From positions 98,239 to 162,238 of the forward strand of contig JBHLQH010000002.1 in the NCBI GenBank assembly GCA_048884965.1: a stretch of 64,000 nucleotides of DNA, read 5' to 3'. This DNA is from Candidatus Thorarchaeota archaeon (GTDB taxonomy: Archaea > Asgardarchaeota > Thorarchaeia > Thorarchaeales > Thorarchaeaceae). Under the pieces are notes generated by a model that saw nothing but the letters and a program-made list of their open reading frames with translations, had not been told where the DNA came from and made no database searches. Shown here piece after piece: positions 1 to 10,285 of the stretch (position 1 is the first letter of the stretch; the number at the start of each line of letters is the position of its first letter). A program made the position numbers and the translations under genes.

Positions 1-3
1 CTT

Positions 4-24
4 GGAAGGGGGATTTCCCCTTCC
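4..24 (+). terminator. GC-rich hairpin followed by pyrimidine tract (putative terminator of an upstream gene)
   Basis: GGAAGGGG-gattt-CCCCTTCC then ttctaatttt. Confidence 0.45.
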
Positions 25-205
25 TTCTAATTTTCCTGGATATGGGATGCACAGAGGGGCATTGCTCCATCCATGTCTGTTATATATCATTAAGGGGATA
101 GGGCTTAATACTAACTCACAGGGATTCGCATTGGCAGAATAACTTCGAATTCCAGTTCTTTCATCATAGGAGGTCTATCTTTGTGAGTTTGCAAGGGGTA
201 GAGAA

Positions 206-1510
206 ATGAAAACTGGAATTGCACTACAAAAGGGACTTGTTATTCTCATTTTTGGGATACTTCTTCTGAGTATGACAGGTGGAATTGCTAAAGGAACTTT
301 AGACCAACCCATGAGAACGGAATTGAGTCACACGATTGCTCAAGGATATGAAGAGCATGCGAATATCTGGACAGTGGGGAATCAGGAATTATTAGACCTT
401 GCTACAGCTGAAGGTTGGCAAGGTACTGGTGCCATTGAGGACCCGATAATTATCTCGGGGTACAAGTTCTACGCGACACTGATACAACCAGTACGAATAT
501 GGAACACAGACCTTCATTGGGTCTTCAAAAATAACCTCATTACAACTGATGGTGTCATTTGCGGGGTTTGGCTTGATCATACTTCAGCTGGCATAATGAT
601 GAATAACACATTCGACAGATGCCATAGCGGACTTGTTATAATGAATGCGGGAAATCTACTGGTCGAGAACAATACTTTCATTGGAAATACAGGTAATGGG
701 ATTGACAATGAAGGTCCTTTCTCGGACAGTATTATTCGCTACAATGAGTTCTATGACCTCGGTGCGGATGCAATAACCTGCGATAACGCACAGAGTATAG
801 AGATCTATGAGAATTTCATAGACACTATGCAGTATGATGGAATCGCAATCAATGGTGGGAATGATGTTCATATCTATGACAATACGATCTTGAATACCAG
901 AACTGGAATGCGTATTGGTAGCAATGCAGAAGGTATTGTATTCGAAGATAATGTGATTCGCAACATTGACACCTTTGGTATCAAATGCTCTGGAGATTCA
1001 AACATCATCTCAAACAATATCATACGCAATACTGGGGAGCAAGGTATTCTTTTCACTCAAGTATTAGACATCTATGCGGATAATTGCACGGTAATTGGGA
1101 ATAGTATCATCAACTGTACCGGATACTCAATTGAAATCAAGGATGGCTGCACTGAGATCACTATCACTGAGAATGACTTCTTTGCGACCAATGCATCTTG
1201 TCACATATGTGACCATGGAGCTGATTCTGTGGTCATGGGCAACTTCTATGACGACTGGATAGCACCTGATGCTGATGAGAACGGGATAGTAGATGTCCCC
1301 TATGAACTGTTAGGATCTGCAGGTAGTACTGATGCATCACCAGAAGCTACCCCGGTCAACGATATTCCTGATGATTATGACTATGTCCCGATGACTCCGA
1401 CCCAGACTGAGTTTGGTTTTGATGCGCTGACATTAGGTGGAATATCTCTTGTCGCAGGAATAGGGATTGTAATCTGTGTTATCATCGTTGCTCTTGTTAA
1501 GAAACGATAG
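206..1510 (+). CDS. Secreted, membrane-anchored right-handed beta-helix (NosD/CASH-like) protein
   Basis: Signal peptide, repeated I.I.NN.I / GI.I motifs, NosD-type D.D.NGIVDVPY tail, C-terminal TM plus KKR. Confidence 0.85.
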   Translation: MKTGIALQKGLVILIFGILLLSMTGGIAKGTLDQPMRTELSHTIAQGYEEHANIWTVGNQELLDLATAEGWQGTGAIEDPIIISGYKFYATLIQPVRIWNTDLHWVFKNNLITTDGVICGVWLDHTSAGIMMNNTFDRCHSGLVIMNAGNLLVENNTFIGNTGNGIDNEGPFSDSIIRYNEFYDLGADAITCDNAQSIEIYENFIDTMQYDGIAINGGNDVHIYDNTILNTRTGMRIGSNAEGIVFEDNVIRNIDTFGIKCSGDSNIISNNIIRNTGEQGILFTQVLDIYADNCTVIGNSIINCTGYSIEIKDGCTEITITENDFFATNASCHICDHGADSVVMGNFYDDWIAPDADENGIVDVPYELLGSAGSTDASPEATPVNDIPDDYDYVPMTPTQTEFGFDALTLGGISLVAGIGIVICVIIVALVKKR

Positions 1511-1524
1511 GAACCAATCAAATA

Positions 1525-1553
1525 TGGAAAGAGAGGGATCACCCTCTCTTCCA
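1525..1553 (+). terminator. Hairpin downstream of beta-helix gene
   Basis: GGAA(A)GAGAGGG-atca-CCCTCTCTTCC followed by attcttctc. Confidence 0.55.
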
Positions 1554-1827
1554 ATTCTTCTCATCAAGTTCTTCATACTTGCTAGCTTTAATACTGCACC
1601 AATCAAAGAAGTCTCTGGTGGTAAGGAGTGTCGCGCTAGTCAACAAAGAGTGTCGTGATTGCTGTAAAAGCAATACTCATAGTCGTTTTTTCGTGTTTCA
1701 CAATGGACTTCATTACCTTCCTTGCTGTATTCGCAGGGTCACTATAGGTTCGATTTATCTGAGATGCCGTATAAATCTCAAAAACCTGCTGACAATGAGT
1801 ATCAAGCATATATGGCTCCCGTAGGAC

Positions 1828-2034
1828 ATGAGAATTGAGGTTACCATAATGACATGCTACGATAGAGGCACAATTCTGATACTAGTCATCGCCATCATTC
1901 TGCCTATACTGCCGCTCATAACAGAAGGCTTACACTTTGCCCTGAATATCCTAATTGGAGAAACTATCGGCCTAGTTAGTGTATGGTTCTTAAGCAGAAC
2001 GTGGGAACCGAAAAAAGCTCAAGATGAAGCATAA
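1828..2034 (+). CDS. Small two-TM membrane protein (hypothetical)
   Basis: 68-aa ORF with two hydrophobic segments and a charged tail; start uncertain. Confidence 0.4.
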   Translation: MRIEVTIMTCYDRGTILILVIAIILPILPLITEGLHFALNILIGETIGLVSVWFLSRTWEPKKAQDEA

Positions 2035-2141
2035 GCAATACTATGCTCTTTCATTCATCCCCCGTTGTACATGCCAGTAAATACATAAGCACCCTTCCTC
2101 GCGCCTCCTCCTGAAGCTTCTCCCTATAGGTGAGATACATT

Positions 2142-2717
2142 ATGACGCTGGACTTTAGTAAAGGCATTACAGAGTTCCGGTGGCATGGTCGTGGTGGCCA
2201 AGGTGTCGTCACGTCCAACCAGATGCTCGGAAAGGCTGCACTCGCTGAGGGCAACTACATCCAGGCATTCCCCGAATTCGGACCGGAGAGAACAGGAGCC
2301 CCAGTCAGGGCGTTCCTCAGAATTAGTAAGAAGCCCATCCAGCTCTATGCTCAGGTCTACGCACCAGATGTTGTCGTCTGTATCGACCCAACGCTCTTGG
2401 ACGTAGTTAACCCTGCCGAGGGTCTCAAGCCCGAAGGTACACTTGTTGTGAACACTATCAAGGACCCAGCCGATATCAGAAAGAAGTTTGGTTTTGATAC
2501 TGGCAAGGTCGTCACCATCGATGCAAGCAAGATCGCGATGGAGGTCATGGGTAGACCATTCTACAACATGCCGACCATGGCAGCTGCTGTGAAGTTCACA
2601 GGCATCGTCGAGCCTGATACTGTGATCAACGAGGTACTCGGTCGATATCCCGGCAAGGTCGGAGACCTGAACAAGACTGCGATGGAACGAGCAATGACGG
2701 AGGCAAAAGTCGGATGA
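2142..2717 (+). CDS. porC: Pyruvate/2-oxoacid:ferredoxin oxidoreductase gamma subunit
   Basis: EFRWHGRGGQG, FPEFGPERTGAPV motifs; GGTGA SD before ATG 2142. Confidence 0.93.
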   Translation: MTLDFSKGITEFRWHGRGGQGVVTSNQMLGKAALAEGNYIQAFPEFGPERTGAPVRAFLRISKKPIQLYAQVYAPDVVVCIDPTLLDVVNPAEGLKPEGTLVVNTIKDPADIRKKFGFDTGKVVTIDASKIAMEVMGRPFYNMPTMAAAVKFTGIVEPDTVINEVLGRYPGKVGDLNKTAMERAMTEAKVG

Positions 2718-3010
2718 GCGAGAAATACAACGAGATCCCGATGGCTGGTAATATCCTAGTACCGGGCAATTCGAAGAAATACTTGACCGGTGGGTGGCGA
2801 GCACAAAGACCAATCCACAATGACGATACCTGCCTCTGGGTAAAGAACGGTACATGCGGTCTCTGTTGGGTCTACTGCCCTGATAACTCAGTGAAACTCA
2901 TTGAGAAGGATGGAAAGTACTCCTATGAGTACGATTACAATTACTGTAAGGGTTGCGGGATTTGCGCAAACGAGTGCCCGACCAAGAGCATTCACATGGA
3001 GGACGAATAG
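2714..3010 (+). CDS. porD: 2-oxoacid:ferredoxin oxidoreductase delta subunit (2x[4Fe-4S])
   Basis: TGGWR, CGLCWVYCPD, YCKGCGICANECP. Confidence 0.93.
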   Translation: MSEKYNEIPMAGNILVPGNSKKYLTGGWRAQRPIHNDDTCLWVKNGTCGLCWVYCPDNSVKLIEKDGKYSYEYDYNYCKGCGICANECPTKSIHMEDE

Positions 3011-3011
3011 G

Positions 3012-4217
3012 ATGACCAGTGTAGAACGAGTTCCCCAAGACAAGATCGTTATTGAGGGACTGACTGGAGACGCTGCTATCGCCCACGCTCTCAAGCAATG
3101 CGACCTTGATGTCCTTGCAGCATATCCAATCACTCCACAGACCATCATCGTTGAGGACTTCCAGAAGTTCGCCGCAGATGGAGAGGTCAATACTGCAGTT
3201 ATCCCAGTAGAGTCCGAGCACAGCGCGATGTCAGCTTGTGTTGGTGCAGCAGCAGTCGGTGCAAGAGTGGCGACCGCTTCAGCATCAGCTGGACTTGCAT
3301 TGATGTGGGAGATCCTGTACTGCGCATCTGGCATGCGAATGCCTATTGTGTTCACTGTCGCGAATCGTGCCCTTTCCGCACCTATCAACATTCACAATGA
3401 TTGGAGCGACACCTATGGTGCACGAGATAGCGGATTCATTCAGATCTATTGCCAGAGCGGCCAAGAAGCCTATGACACAACGATCATGGCGTTCAAGATC
3501 GCTGAGGATCATGGCGTTCTTCTCCCGATCATCGTGGCTATCGATGGATTCATCCTGAGCCACAATGTCGAGCGTGTAGAGATGCTCCCAACAGAGGCAA
3601 TCCACAAGTTCCTTGGAAAGAGGAAGCCTCTCATAGCACTTGACCCTTCAAAGCCCATGACCATGGGTCCTCTTGCACTCACTGACTACTACTATGAGTT
3701 CAAGCAGCAGCAGGTCGATGCTATGGAAGCTGTCCCAGAGGTCTTCCACAAGGTCGAAGCAGAGTTCGAGAAGATGACCGGACGCAAGTACGGCATGTTC
3801 GAGGCCTACAAGACCGAAGACGCAGAGATCATCCTCCTCACACACAGCAGTCCAGGTGGTACCTCAAAGGCTGTTGTCGATGCGCTCCGTGAGCAGGGCG
3901 AGAAGGTAGGAGTCCTACGACTCAGGATGTTCAGGCCCTTCCCAGCAAAGGAGCTCGCTGAAGCAGTCAAGCATGCAAAGGCAGTGGCTGTGTTCGAGAA
4001 ATGCCTCTCATTTGGATCACCATCCAGTCCTCTTGCGTTAGAAGTCAGGACCGCACTTTATGACTTGGAGAAGCGACCAATGGTGACTGACTTTGTCATT
4101 GGTCTGGGCGGCAGAGATGTCCCACCCGATACGATTGTCGAGGGGTACGAGAAGACGAAAGGCTACGTCGAGAAAGGAAAAGCTCCCTTATTCGAGACCT
4201 TGGGGGTGCGTAAATAA
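3012..4217 (+). CDS. porA: 2-oxoacid:ferredoxin oxidoreductase alpha subunit
   Basis: AAYPITPQT, ESEHSAMS, NRALSAPINI; start moved to ATG 3012 just after the porD stop. Confidence 0.93.
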   Translation: MTSVERVPQDKIVIEGLTGDAAIAHALKQCDLDVLAAYPITPQTIIVEDFQKFAADGEVNTAVIPVESEHSAMSACVGAAAVGARVATASASAGLALMWEILYCASGMRMPIVFTVANRALSAPINIHNDWSDTYGARDSGFIQIYCQSGQEAYDTTIMAFKIAEDHGVLLPIIVAIDGFILSHNVERVEMLPTEAIHKFLGKRKPLIALDPSKPMTMGPLALTDYYYEFKQQQVDAMEAVPEVFHKVEAEFEKMTGRKYGMFEAYKTEDAEIILLTHSSPGGTSKAVVDALREQGEKVGVLRLRMFRPFPAKELAEAVKHAKAVAVFEKCLSFGSPSSPLALEVRTALYDLEKRPMVTDFVIGLGGRDVPPDTIVEGYEKTKGYVEKGKAPLFETLGVRK

Positions 4218-5176
4218 TGGTTGAATATGACAAGCCAGCAGTGGCTATCAAAGATATGCTCAAGCGAGCTCCGATTCTTGCTCCTGGGCATCGAATGTGC
4301 GCAGGATGTGCAGCCCCAACCGTCGTGAAACTCATGGGTATGGCTCTTAGAGGTCCTACTATTGTATGCGAGGCGACAGGATGTCTTGAGGTGGCAACAA
4401 CTATCTATCCCTACACTGCGTGGGAGATCCCATGGATTCACGTTGCCTTCGAGAATGCAGCAGCCGTTGCATCAGGTGTCATTGAAGCAACCAAGGTCAT
4501 GCACAGCAAGGGTACCTATGATCACGAACATGTTGATGTCATTGCCATTGGCGGTGATGGTGGAACCTTTGACATTGGCTTTGGTGCGATCAGTGGTATG
4601 CTTGAGCGAGGTCATGACATGGTCTATATGGTCTACGACAACGGCGCATACCAGAACACAGGTATCCAGAGATCTGGTGGAACACTCCCCGGACAAGAAA
4701 CCACCACTTCGTGGGCGGGTAAGGTCGAACCCGGGAAGAGACAACGTAAGAAGCCTTTGACGGAAATCGTCGCAGCTCATAAGATACCCTATGTAGCTAC
4801 AGTCTCTCCCGGTTACCAACGCGACTTCGTCACCAAGTTCCGCAAGGCGCTTGAGGTCGAAGGTCCAGCGTTCATCCATGCCTACTCTCCATGCCCAAGA
4901 GGTTGGAGGTCAGAAACAGGCAAGAGCATTGAGCTCTCGAGACTTGCAGTCGAAACCGGTATCCATCCCCTCTACGAGGTTATCGATGGAGAGGAGTATA
5001 TCATGTCGGGTCCAAGCAAACGACTGACCGAGCTTAAGCCCATGGAAGAATACTGGAAGACCCAAGGTCAATTCAAGCACCTCTTCAAGCCCGAGTGGGA
5101 GAACTTCCGAAATAAGATTCAGGAAGACATCAACCACGATTGGGAACTCTTGAAGAAGAAGTGTAGTGTTGAATAG
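4217..5176 (+). CDS. porB: 2-oxoacid:ferredoxin oxidoreductase beta subunit (TPP-binding)
   Basis: GHRMCAGC, GGDGGTFDIG, YDNGAYQNTGIQRS, PCPRGW; TAATG overlap with porA. Confidence 0.93.
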   Translation: MVEYDKPAVAIKDMLKRAPILAPGHRMCAGCAAPTVVKLMGMALRGPTIVCEATGCLEVATTIYPYTAWEIPWIHVAFENAAAVASGVIEATKVMHSKGTYDHEHVDVIAIGGDGGTFDIGFGAISGMLERGHDMVYMVYDNGAYQNTGIQRSGGTLPGQETTTSWAGKVEPGKRQRKKPLTEIVAAHKIPYVATVSPGYQRDFVTKFRKALEVEGPAFIHAYSPCPRGWRSETGKSIELSRLAVETGIHPLYEVIDGEEYIMSGPSKRLTELKPMEEYWKTQGQFKHLFKPEWENFRNKIQEDINHDWELLKKKCSVE

Positions 5177-5185
5177 AACCAAGAA

Positions 5186-5210
5186 AACTGGAGCATGTTC
5201 TGCTCCAGTT
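5186..5210 (+). terminator. Hairpin terminating the por operon
   Basis: Perfect 10-bp stem AACTGGAGCA/TGCTCCAGTT followed by cctcatttttcc. Confidence 0.65.
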
Positions 5211-5239
5211 CCTCATTTTTCCTGAAGTTCATTGAGTTA

Positions 5240-6334
5240 CTATCTCCTCTTTCTTAGTAAGACTACTGCAATCAATAGCCCTGCTGGGATAACTAGGAGA
5301 ATGAGATAACCGGATAGATCTGGAGTGCCGGAGTCTGTTATCCTTTCAACCTTCAGAATCTCTAAACCGTCTTCACCATCAGCCAAGTAAATCAAATCCC
5401 CAATCACTTGTACACCGAAAGCACTACCATCATCATCATAGCTCATGGTTTCATTCAAATCGGAAAGGTCACTGGCATCCAAGAATTCCAGACCATCGGA
5501 TCCGTCTGCAACTACAAGGAGATCTTCGTAGAAATCAAGATCTACAGCATTTCCACCATCATAATAGCTACCAATCTCGACGATGGATAGAGGATCAGTG
5601 ATGTCAAAGATTTTGACGCCTCCGTAAGAGCATACCGCATAGGCAGTGGTTCCAACAAAATCAATAGAAAATATCTCGCCATTAATGGAATATTCTGCAA
5701 TCTCCTCGATGTCTGAAAGGTTTGAGATGTTGAGAATCTTCAACTTCGTTTCTGTTGCTGAAACAAAGTCTGACACATAGGCCAAATCATTGTAGATTTC
5801 TGCATTGAAAACGTAGTTGAGATCTGTATACTTACAAATCTCGACTGGATCTGTAGGATCAGAGATATTCACAATCTCAAGACCGTCTACAAAATCAGTT
5901 AGGAATGCGACGTCGTCATAGAAGTTAATCGCACCAATCTCGCCGCCATCATGAAAACTACCAATCAAGGTGGGATTGTCAAGATCTGAAACATCAATTA
6001 TTTTGAGTCCATTAGTGTAATCAGCAAGATAGACAAGATCTCCACGCATTTTCATTTCGTGGACATGATCTATTCCCTCATTGAAGTGGCCTAATTCTGT
6101 AGGATTCTCAGGATTGGAAACATTGATGATTAACAAGCCATTCCCCGAATCTGACACAAATGCAGTATTATCGTGGATATGCAGATTTGCAGCAAATCCA
6201 TCAGTATCCAAGTGTCCAAGCTCTCTAATTTCAAGAGAAGCAAGGGACTGAGCAGTGGCGAACCCTGAATCACTGGAATTCACTATAAAAGCAATCAATA
6301 GAAACACTAAGACTAGAACTGGAATTTTCCTCAT
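5240..6334 (-). CDS. LVIVD-repeat beta-propeller surface protein with C-terminal TM anchor
   Basis: Repeated AYVAD..GL.I.DISDP.NP units, signal peptide, TM plus RKRR. Confidence 0.85.
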   Translation of the reverse strand: MRKIPVLVLVFLLIAFIVNSSDSGFATAQSLASLEIRELGHLDTDGFAANLHIHDNTAFVSDSGNGLLIINVSNPENPTELGHFNEGIDHVHEMKMRGDLVYLADYTNGLKIIDVSDLDNPTLIGSFHDGGEIGAINFYDDVAFLTDFVDGLEIVNISDPTDPVEICKYTDLNYVFNAEIYNDLAYVSDFVSATETKLKILNISNLSDIEEIAEYSINGEIFSIDFVGTTAYAVCSYGGVKIFDITDPLSIVEIGSYYDGGNAVDLDFYEDLLVVADGSDGLEFLDASDLSDLNETMSYDDDGSAFGVQVIGDLIYLADGEDGLEILKVERITDSGTPDLSGYLILLVIPAGLLIAVVLLRKRR

Positions 6335-6601
6335 TTGAATTCACTCCAACCAAGAGGTCATGATGTACATAGAATCCACCACGAACCTATTTTGTGAGGA
6401 AATTGGATGATATTTTCTAAATAAGAGGTCATATTGGCGCTTTGACGACCTAAGATGAAGAAGTTTAGAAGATTTCTAATCCTTTGAAGAACAGCTGTGC
6501 CAAGTTACGTCTGTCACATGAGCCATATCACTCTGGAGTTTCTTTATTTTTCAATCAATCATCTTTTAGCTTTCATCATATTCTGGGTTGCATGCAGGAA
6601 G

Positions 6602-6705
6602 AAAATCCGAGAAGACATCAATTACGACTGGGAACTCTTGAAGAAGAAGTGTGGTGTATAATAGAATCAGTTGACTGGAGCTTCGGCTCCAGCTTCCTTT
6701 TCTTC
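6602..6705 (+). repeat. Diverged direct repeat of the porB 3' end (5114-5176) plus its hairpin
   Basis: 53/63 nt identical to 5114-5176, with a 24-nt exact core TGGGAACTCTTGAAGAAGAAGTGT; followed by CTGGAGC-ttcg-GCTCCAG and a T-rich tract, like 5186-5220. Confidence 0.85.
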
Positions 6706-6924
6706 TTTCCAAGATTCATATTTATCCATGAGAGTATCTAAGACAAGAAGAAATACGAAAATAAAGAACAGATTAGGAATAAACTCCGTCAAATCGTTAT
6801 ATTCATTAAACAAAAAGAGATTCATCCAAGTGACAAAACTAACGATCACATTCGCAATGATCCAAAACACAACTACGAATCCAAGAAAGATTAGGATTTC
6901 CTTCCTAGCAGTCATGATGTTCAA
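6667..6924 (-). CDS. Small two-TM membrane protein
   Basis: 85-aa ORF with two hydrophobic helices; its 3' end overlaps the duplicated hairpin. Confidence 0.5.
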   Translation of the reverse strand: MNIMTARKEILIFLGFVVVFWIIANVIVSFVTWMNLFLFNEYNDLTEFIPNLFFIFVFLLVLDTLMDKYESWKEEKEAGAEAPVN

Positions 6925-7011
6925 TTTCCTCCACGCGATGCAATTCAGTCTTTTAGGATAATGAGCACTGATTTTACCTACGCTTCTGATAAGACTTTGC
7001 CTGAACAGGGA

Positions 7012-8607
7012 TCACTTCTTAGCCTTTAGTACATTTTGAGCGGCATGCCAACCTGTAAGGATCGCAGTAGGTATACCCGCGGGAGTATAAGCCCATTGCC
7101 CTGCTTGGTATACATTGGGAATCGGGGTATTGACCGAGCTAGGCATCTTTCGAAGTTCGTGCACTACAGGAACATCAGATAGATATGTCCAACCCACAAC
7201 GGCGCCTTCTGAAGTCCCTACTGCAGAAGCGATACTGAGGGGGGTCGATGATGATTGAAAGATGACCTTATCCTTCAGCCCTGGGTAGATTGAATTCGAG
7301 ATAACATTCAACATACGATTCTCGACCTCTGTTCGGAACTCATCATACCAACCTGCATCCTTGACTTTTTTGACTAAATCGTATTCAAAGAGCATGCTTA
7401 TTTCAAGACCCGTCTTCCCCTCAGGAACCAAACCAGGGTCTCTAAGTGCAGGAATTGAAAGCTCATAGGTCGTTAACTGACAATATTCATCAACCCACTG
7501 CAGAATTTGCTCCTTTGACATAGCATCGAAATTCTCGATTAGTGAATCGAGCTTGGACCAATGCACGTCACCCAACCCTTTTTTCGATGGCGTGTAGAAG
7601 AAATGTCCTTTTGACTTAGGTGTAAATTCCTCCACAGGCATGTCTACGCCAACGAATAATGAATAAATTGAATCGCATCCTCGGCTTGAGAGTACTTGCT
7701 CTTTCTTCTCTTGGATATTACGAGTATCTTCTTCCGGTAAGCCTTCTGTGTTAAGTATTTGATATAAGGTCTTCAAATCAGCGCTCCAAATGAGTGCGTC
7801 GTAGGAGTACGTATTTCCACCCTTGTCTTTCACTGTTCTCGCAGAGAGATTGACCTCTGCAATTTCAGTTTCATTCTGGATCTTTCCACCCCACTCCGTA
7901 ATCTTCTGGACCATGGCCTTTGGTAACTGTCCAGTACCTCCTCGTGGATACATGTAGTCAGTATATACATAGAAGTAACCCAATGCAAAGGATGTCGGGG
8001 TCTTCTTGAAGAAATGCTGTGCGATAATATCTATGAGAGATTGATTTGAAGTCAGCTTTTCTAAGAAGGATTCGACAGGTTCATCGTCCTTGCCCATGCG
8101 GCGCAATGCAAACATGAACTTCGCAAACCATGGAAGGAGCTCTTTGAACACGTAGCCTGCCTTCATATCTCTAAAATAGGGATTATCAATGCCGTAGAGA
8201 ATCCCCATATCTCTCATTATTCTGTCAATCTTCAAGGTGATCTTATCGATGTCTTCGATGCTTTCAGGATATAATCTCTCTAACAATTGCTTATACTCGT
8301 CCAGACCAGTTTCTGAAGTAAGATTGATAATATCACTCTCAATTCCTATTGAAACGGGACTGTCAAGCAAATCAAGTTCAATTCCGAGTTGCCTCAGCAT
8401 GGGTCGGATTATTCCAGCGTTTAGGATAGATCTTGCACCTGCATCAAACGTGAATCCATCTCGCTGAAATGAATATAGCAATCCACCACATTCTTTGTTC
8501 TTCTCTAGCAGAAGGACATCGTGTCCTGCTCTCGACAAATACGCAGCAGCAGTCAATCCTGACATACCTCCGCCAACAACTATTGTTCTGAAACCATCCT
8601 CACTCAT
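7012..8607 (-). CDS. FAD-dependent oxidoreductase, phytoene desaturase/retinol saturase family
   Basis: VVGGGMSGLTAA, EKN..CGG, FTFDAG, YPRGGTGQL, TPIPNVYQAGQW; start at 8607 coupled to the SDR stop. Confidence 0.85.
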   Translation of the reverse strand: MSEDGFRTIVVGGGMSGLTAAAYLSRAGHDVLLLEKNKECGGLLYSFQRDGFTFDAGARSILNAGIIRPMLRQLGIELDLLDSPVSIGIESDIINLTSETGLDEYKQLLERLYPESIEDIDKITLKIDRIMRDMGILYGIDNPYFRDMKAGYVFKELLPWFAKFMFALRRMGKDDEPVESFLEKLTSNQSLIDIIAQHFFKKTPTSFALGYFYVYTDYMYPRGGTGQLPKAMVQKITEWGGKIQNETEIAEVNLSARTVKDKGGNTYSYDALIWSADLKTLYQILNTEGLPEEDTRNIQEKKEQVLSSRGCDSIYSLFVGVDMPVEEFTPKSKGHFFYTPSKKGLGDVHWSKLDSLIENFDAMSKEQILQWVDEYCQLTTYELSIPALRDPGLVPEGKTGLEISMLFEYDLVKKVKDAGWYDEFRTEVENRMLNVISNSIYPGLKDKVIFQSSSTPLSIASAVGTSEGAVVGWTYLSDVPVVHELRKMPSSVNTPIPNVYQAGQWAYTPAGIPTAILTGWHAAQNVLKAKK

Positions 8608-9548
8608 TATAGACCCGCCATTTCTATTGATTTTGGCCAAAGCTCCTCTGCTACTTCATGGTCTATTGCTGGAGGTGCCGGTTCTTCTTCGGTGGTGAGA
8701 TTGAAGAACTTCCCATTTATTCCCCCCATTTCTTTTGAAACTCCGAGATAATATAGTGCCGCCGCAGACATTTGTGGGTCTCCCGCAGAACGATCGATTA
8801 GATTTCTCTTATACCATCGGTAGATTCTGCCATTTTGCGAACCGCTGTTGGTCTTGACATTTCCCGGGTGCATGGCATTTATTGTTACACCACTACCCTC
8901 GAAATATTCTGCAAATTTAATCATTGAGAGGAGCTGGGCTGTTTTCGCAACACCATAGCTCCCTAACCCAGAATGCCTACGTTTTTCATAGGTGGGGTCA
9001 TGAAGTCCTATGCCCCAAACTGCAAAGCGATGACCTTCTGAATTGACAAAGATTATGCGTGCTTTGCCTTGTGCCTTCAATTTATCCTTTAGTATGTAAT
9101 TCAGGGCAAAGGACGAAAGATAGTCTACTTGAAACACAAGCTCATTACCATCTTCTGTAATTATCTTGGCTGTTGAATATATACCAGCATTATGAATTAG
9201 AACATCTATTTCTGAATCTGATTGTAAAAGGTCATATCCAACTTTACGAACTGTAGACAATTGTGAGAAATCTGCAATCATATAGTCACATTCTACTTGG
9301 AATTCCTGACGAATCTCTTCACATAGGGCAATCGACTTCTCTTCATTTCGATTGATTACAAGGAGGTTCGCACCATGCGAAGCGAACTTTCTTGCAGCTG
9401 CATATCCGATTCCTGATGTTGCACCTGTGATAGCTACCAAGCGCCCTTTGAAATCATCAGTGCATTCCTTTAGATCCCCGCCACCACCTCGCATCATTGC
9501 GGCGATGTTAGACCATTTGTATTTTCTCCAATATTTCCTCTTACTCAA
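8607..9548 (-). CDS. Short-chain dehydrogenase/reductase (retinol-DH-like)
   Basis: TGATSGIG, HNAG, YGVAK catalytic motif, HPGNVKT. Confidence 0.9.
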   Translation of the reverse strand: MSKRKYWRKYKWSNIAAMMRGGGGDLKECTDDFKGRLVAITGATSGIGYAAARKFASHGANLLVINRNEEKSIALCEEIRQEFQVECDYMIADFSQLSTVRKVGYDLLQSDSEIDVLIHNAGIYSTAKIITEDGNELVFQVDYLSSFALNYILKDKLKAQGKARIIFVNSEGHRFAVWGIGLHDPTYEKRRHSGLGSYGVAKTAQLLSMIKFAEYFEGSGVTINAMHPGNVKTNSGSQNGRIYRWYKRNLIDRSAGDPQMSAAALYYLGVSKEMGGINGKFFNLTTEEEPAPPAIDHEVAEELWPKSIEMAGL

Positions 9549-9749
9549 GCCATCTCTCTCCTAGAATCTACCTGATTTATTCAATCATGTCGTATCATCG
9601 TAAAGACGTGGGAACATTTGTATTGCATTGGATATTTTCACACCGATTCATCGGATTGAATTCTTCCTAAAGATATAGGAACAATCGGTCTGAAATATCG
9701 CTATTTAACGTTGCTAAATGAACCAAATTCAGTGTGATTACACTCATAT

Positions 9750-10148
9750 TTAATTTTTCAATTTCCTGAGTGCGTTGTAGTAATAGCTATCCAGTAATAA
9801 GAGGAAGAATCCTTGAATGATCACTCCCATCCCATTTCCCACCATGTATAGATCCTGCAGAAACGACAAGATGACAAGGATTCCAACGACTTGAAAGACA
9901 ATATCCATGCCAATACTCCTGCGAACAGTGCTGGCGATCTTTTCAACTGATTCTTCTTTCTGTTTCGCTATCACATATCTTTCAATGAAAGCATCGATTA
10001 ATCCCCAAATGATTGCCTGAAGACCGACTCCACCAAGAATTGAACCGGGTAAGCCAAGAAATAGGATTGCTCCAACCATGATATTAGCTATGCTCCAAGT
10101 CAACAATATCTTACCAATACGTTGTCTTAGCTCAATTAGATTCGTCAT
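9750..10148 (-). CDS. Four-TM membrane protein
   Basis: Hydrophobic helices, WGLID and GVIIQGFFLLLLD motifs. Confidence 0.7.
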   Translation of the reverse strand: MTNLIELRQRIGKILLTWSIANIMVGAILFLGLPGSILGGVGLQAIIWGLIDAFIERYVIAKQKEESVEKIASTVRRSIGMDIVFQVVGILVILSFLQDLYMVGNGMGVIIQGFFLLLLDSYYYNALRKLKN

Positions 10149-10285
10149 AGTTCTTCCTCATTGCTAGTATTATGAACAGGGCACATAAATAACTCGGAGG
10201 GGCATTTTAATGAGACCATGACCAGTATGGTCAACATATTCAGATATGCTGAAATAGTGATGTAGCTCACTCATCCTACTACAAC

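Noticed and set aside
2124-5182. Long antisense ORFs over the por operon (and similar ones over 45-57 kb)
   Set aside because: Shadow frames produced by codon bias of the real + strand genes
5114-6705. Prophage or IS with att sites or target-site duplication
   Set aside because: No integrase or transposase in the window, and the repeat is diverged rather than identical
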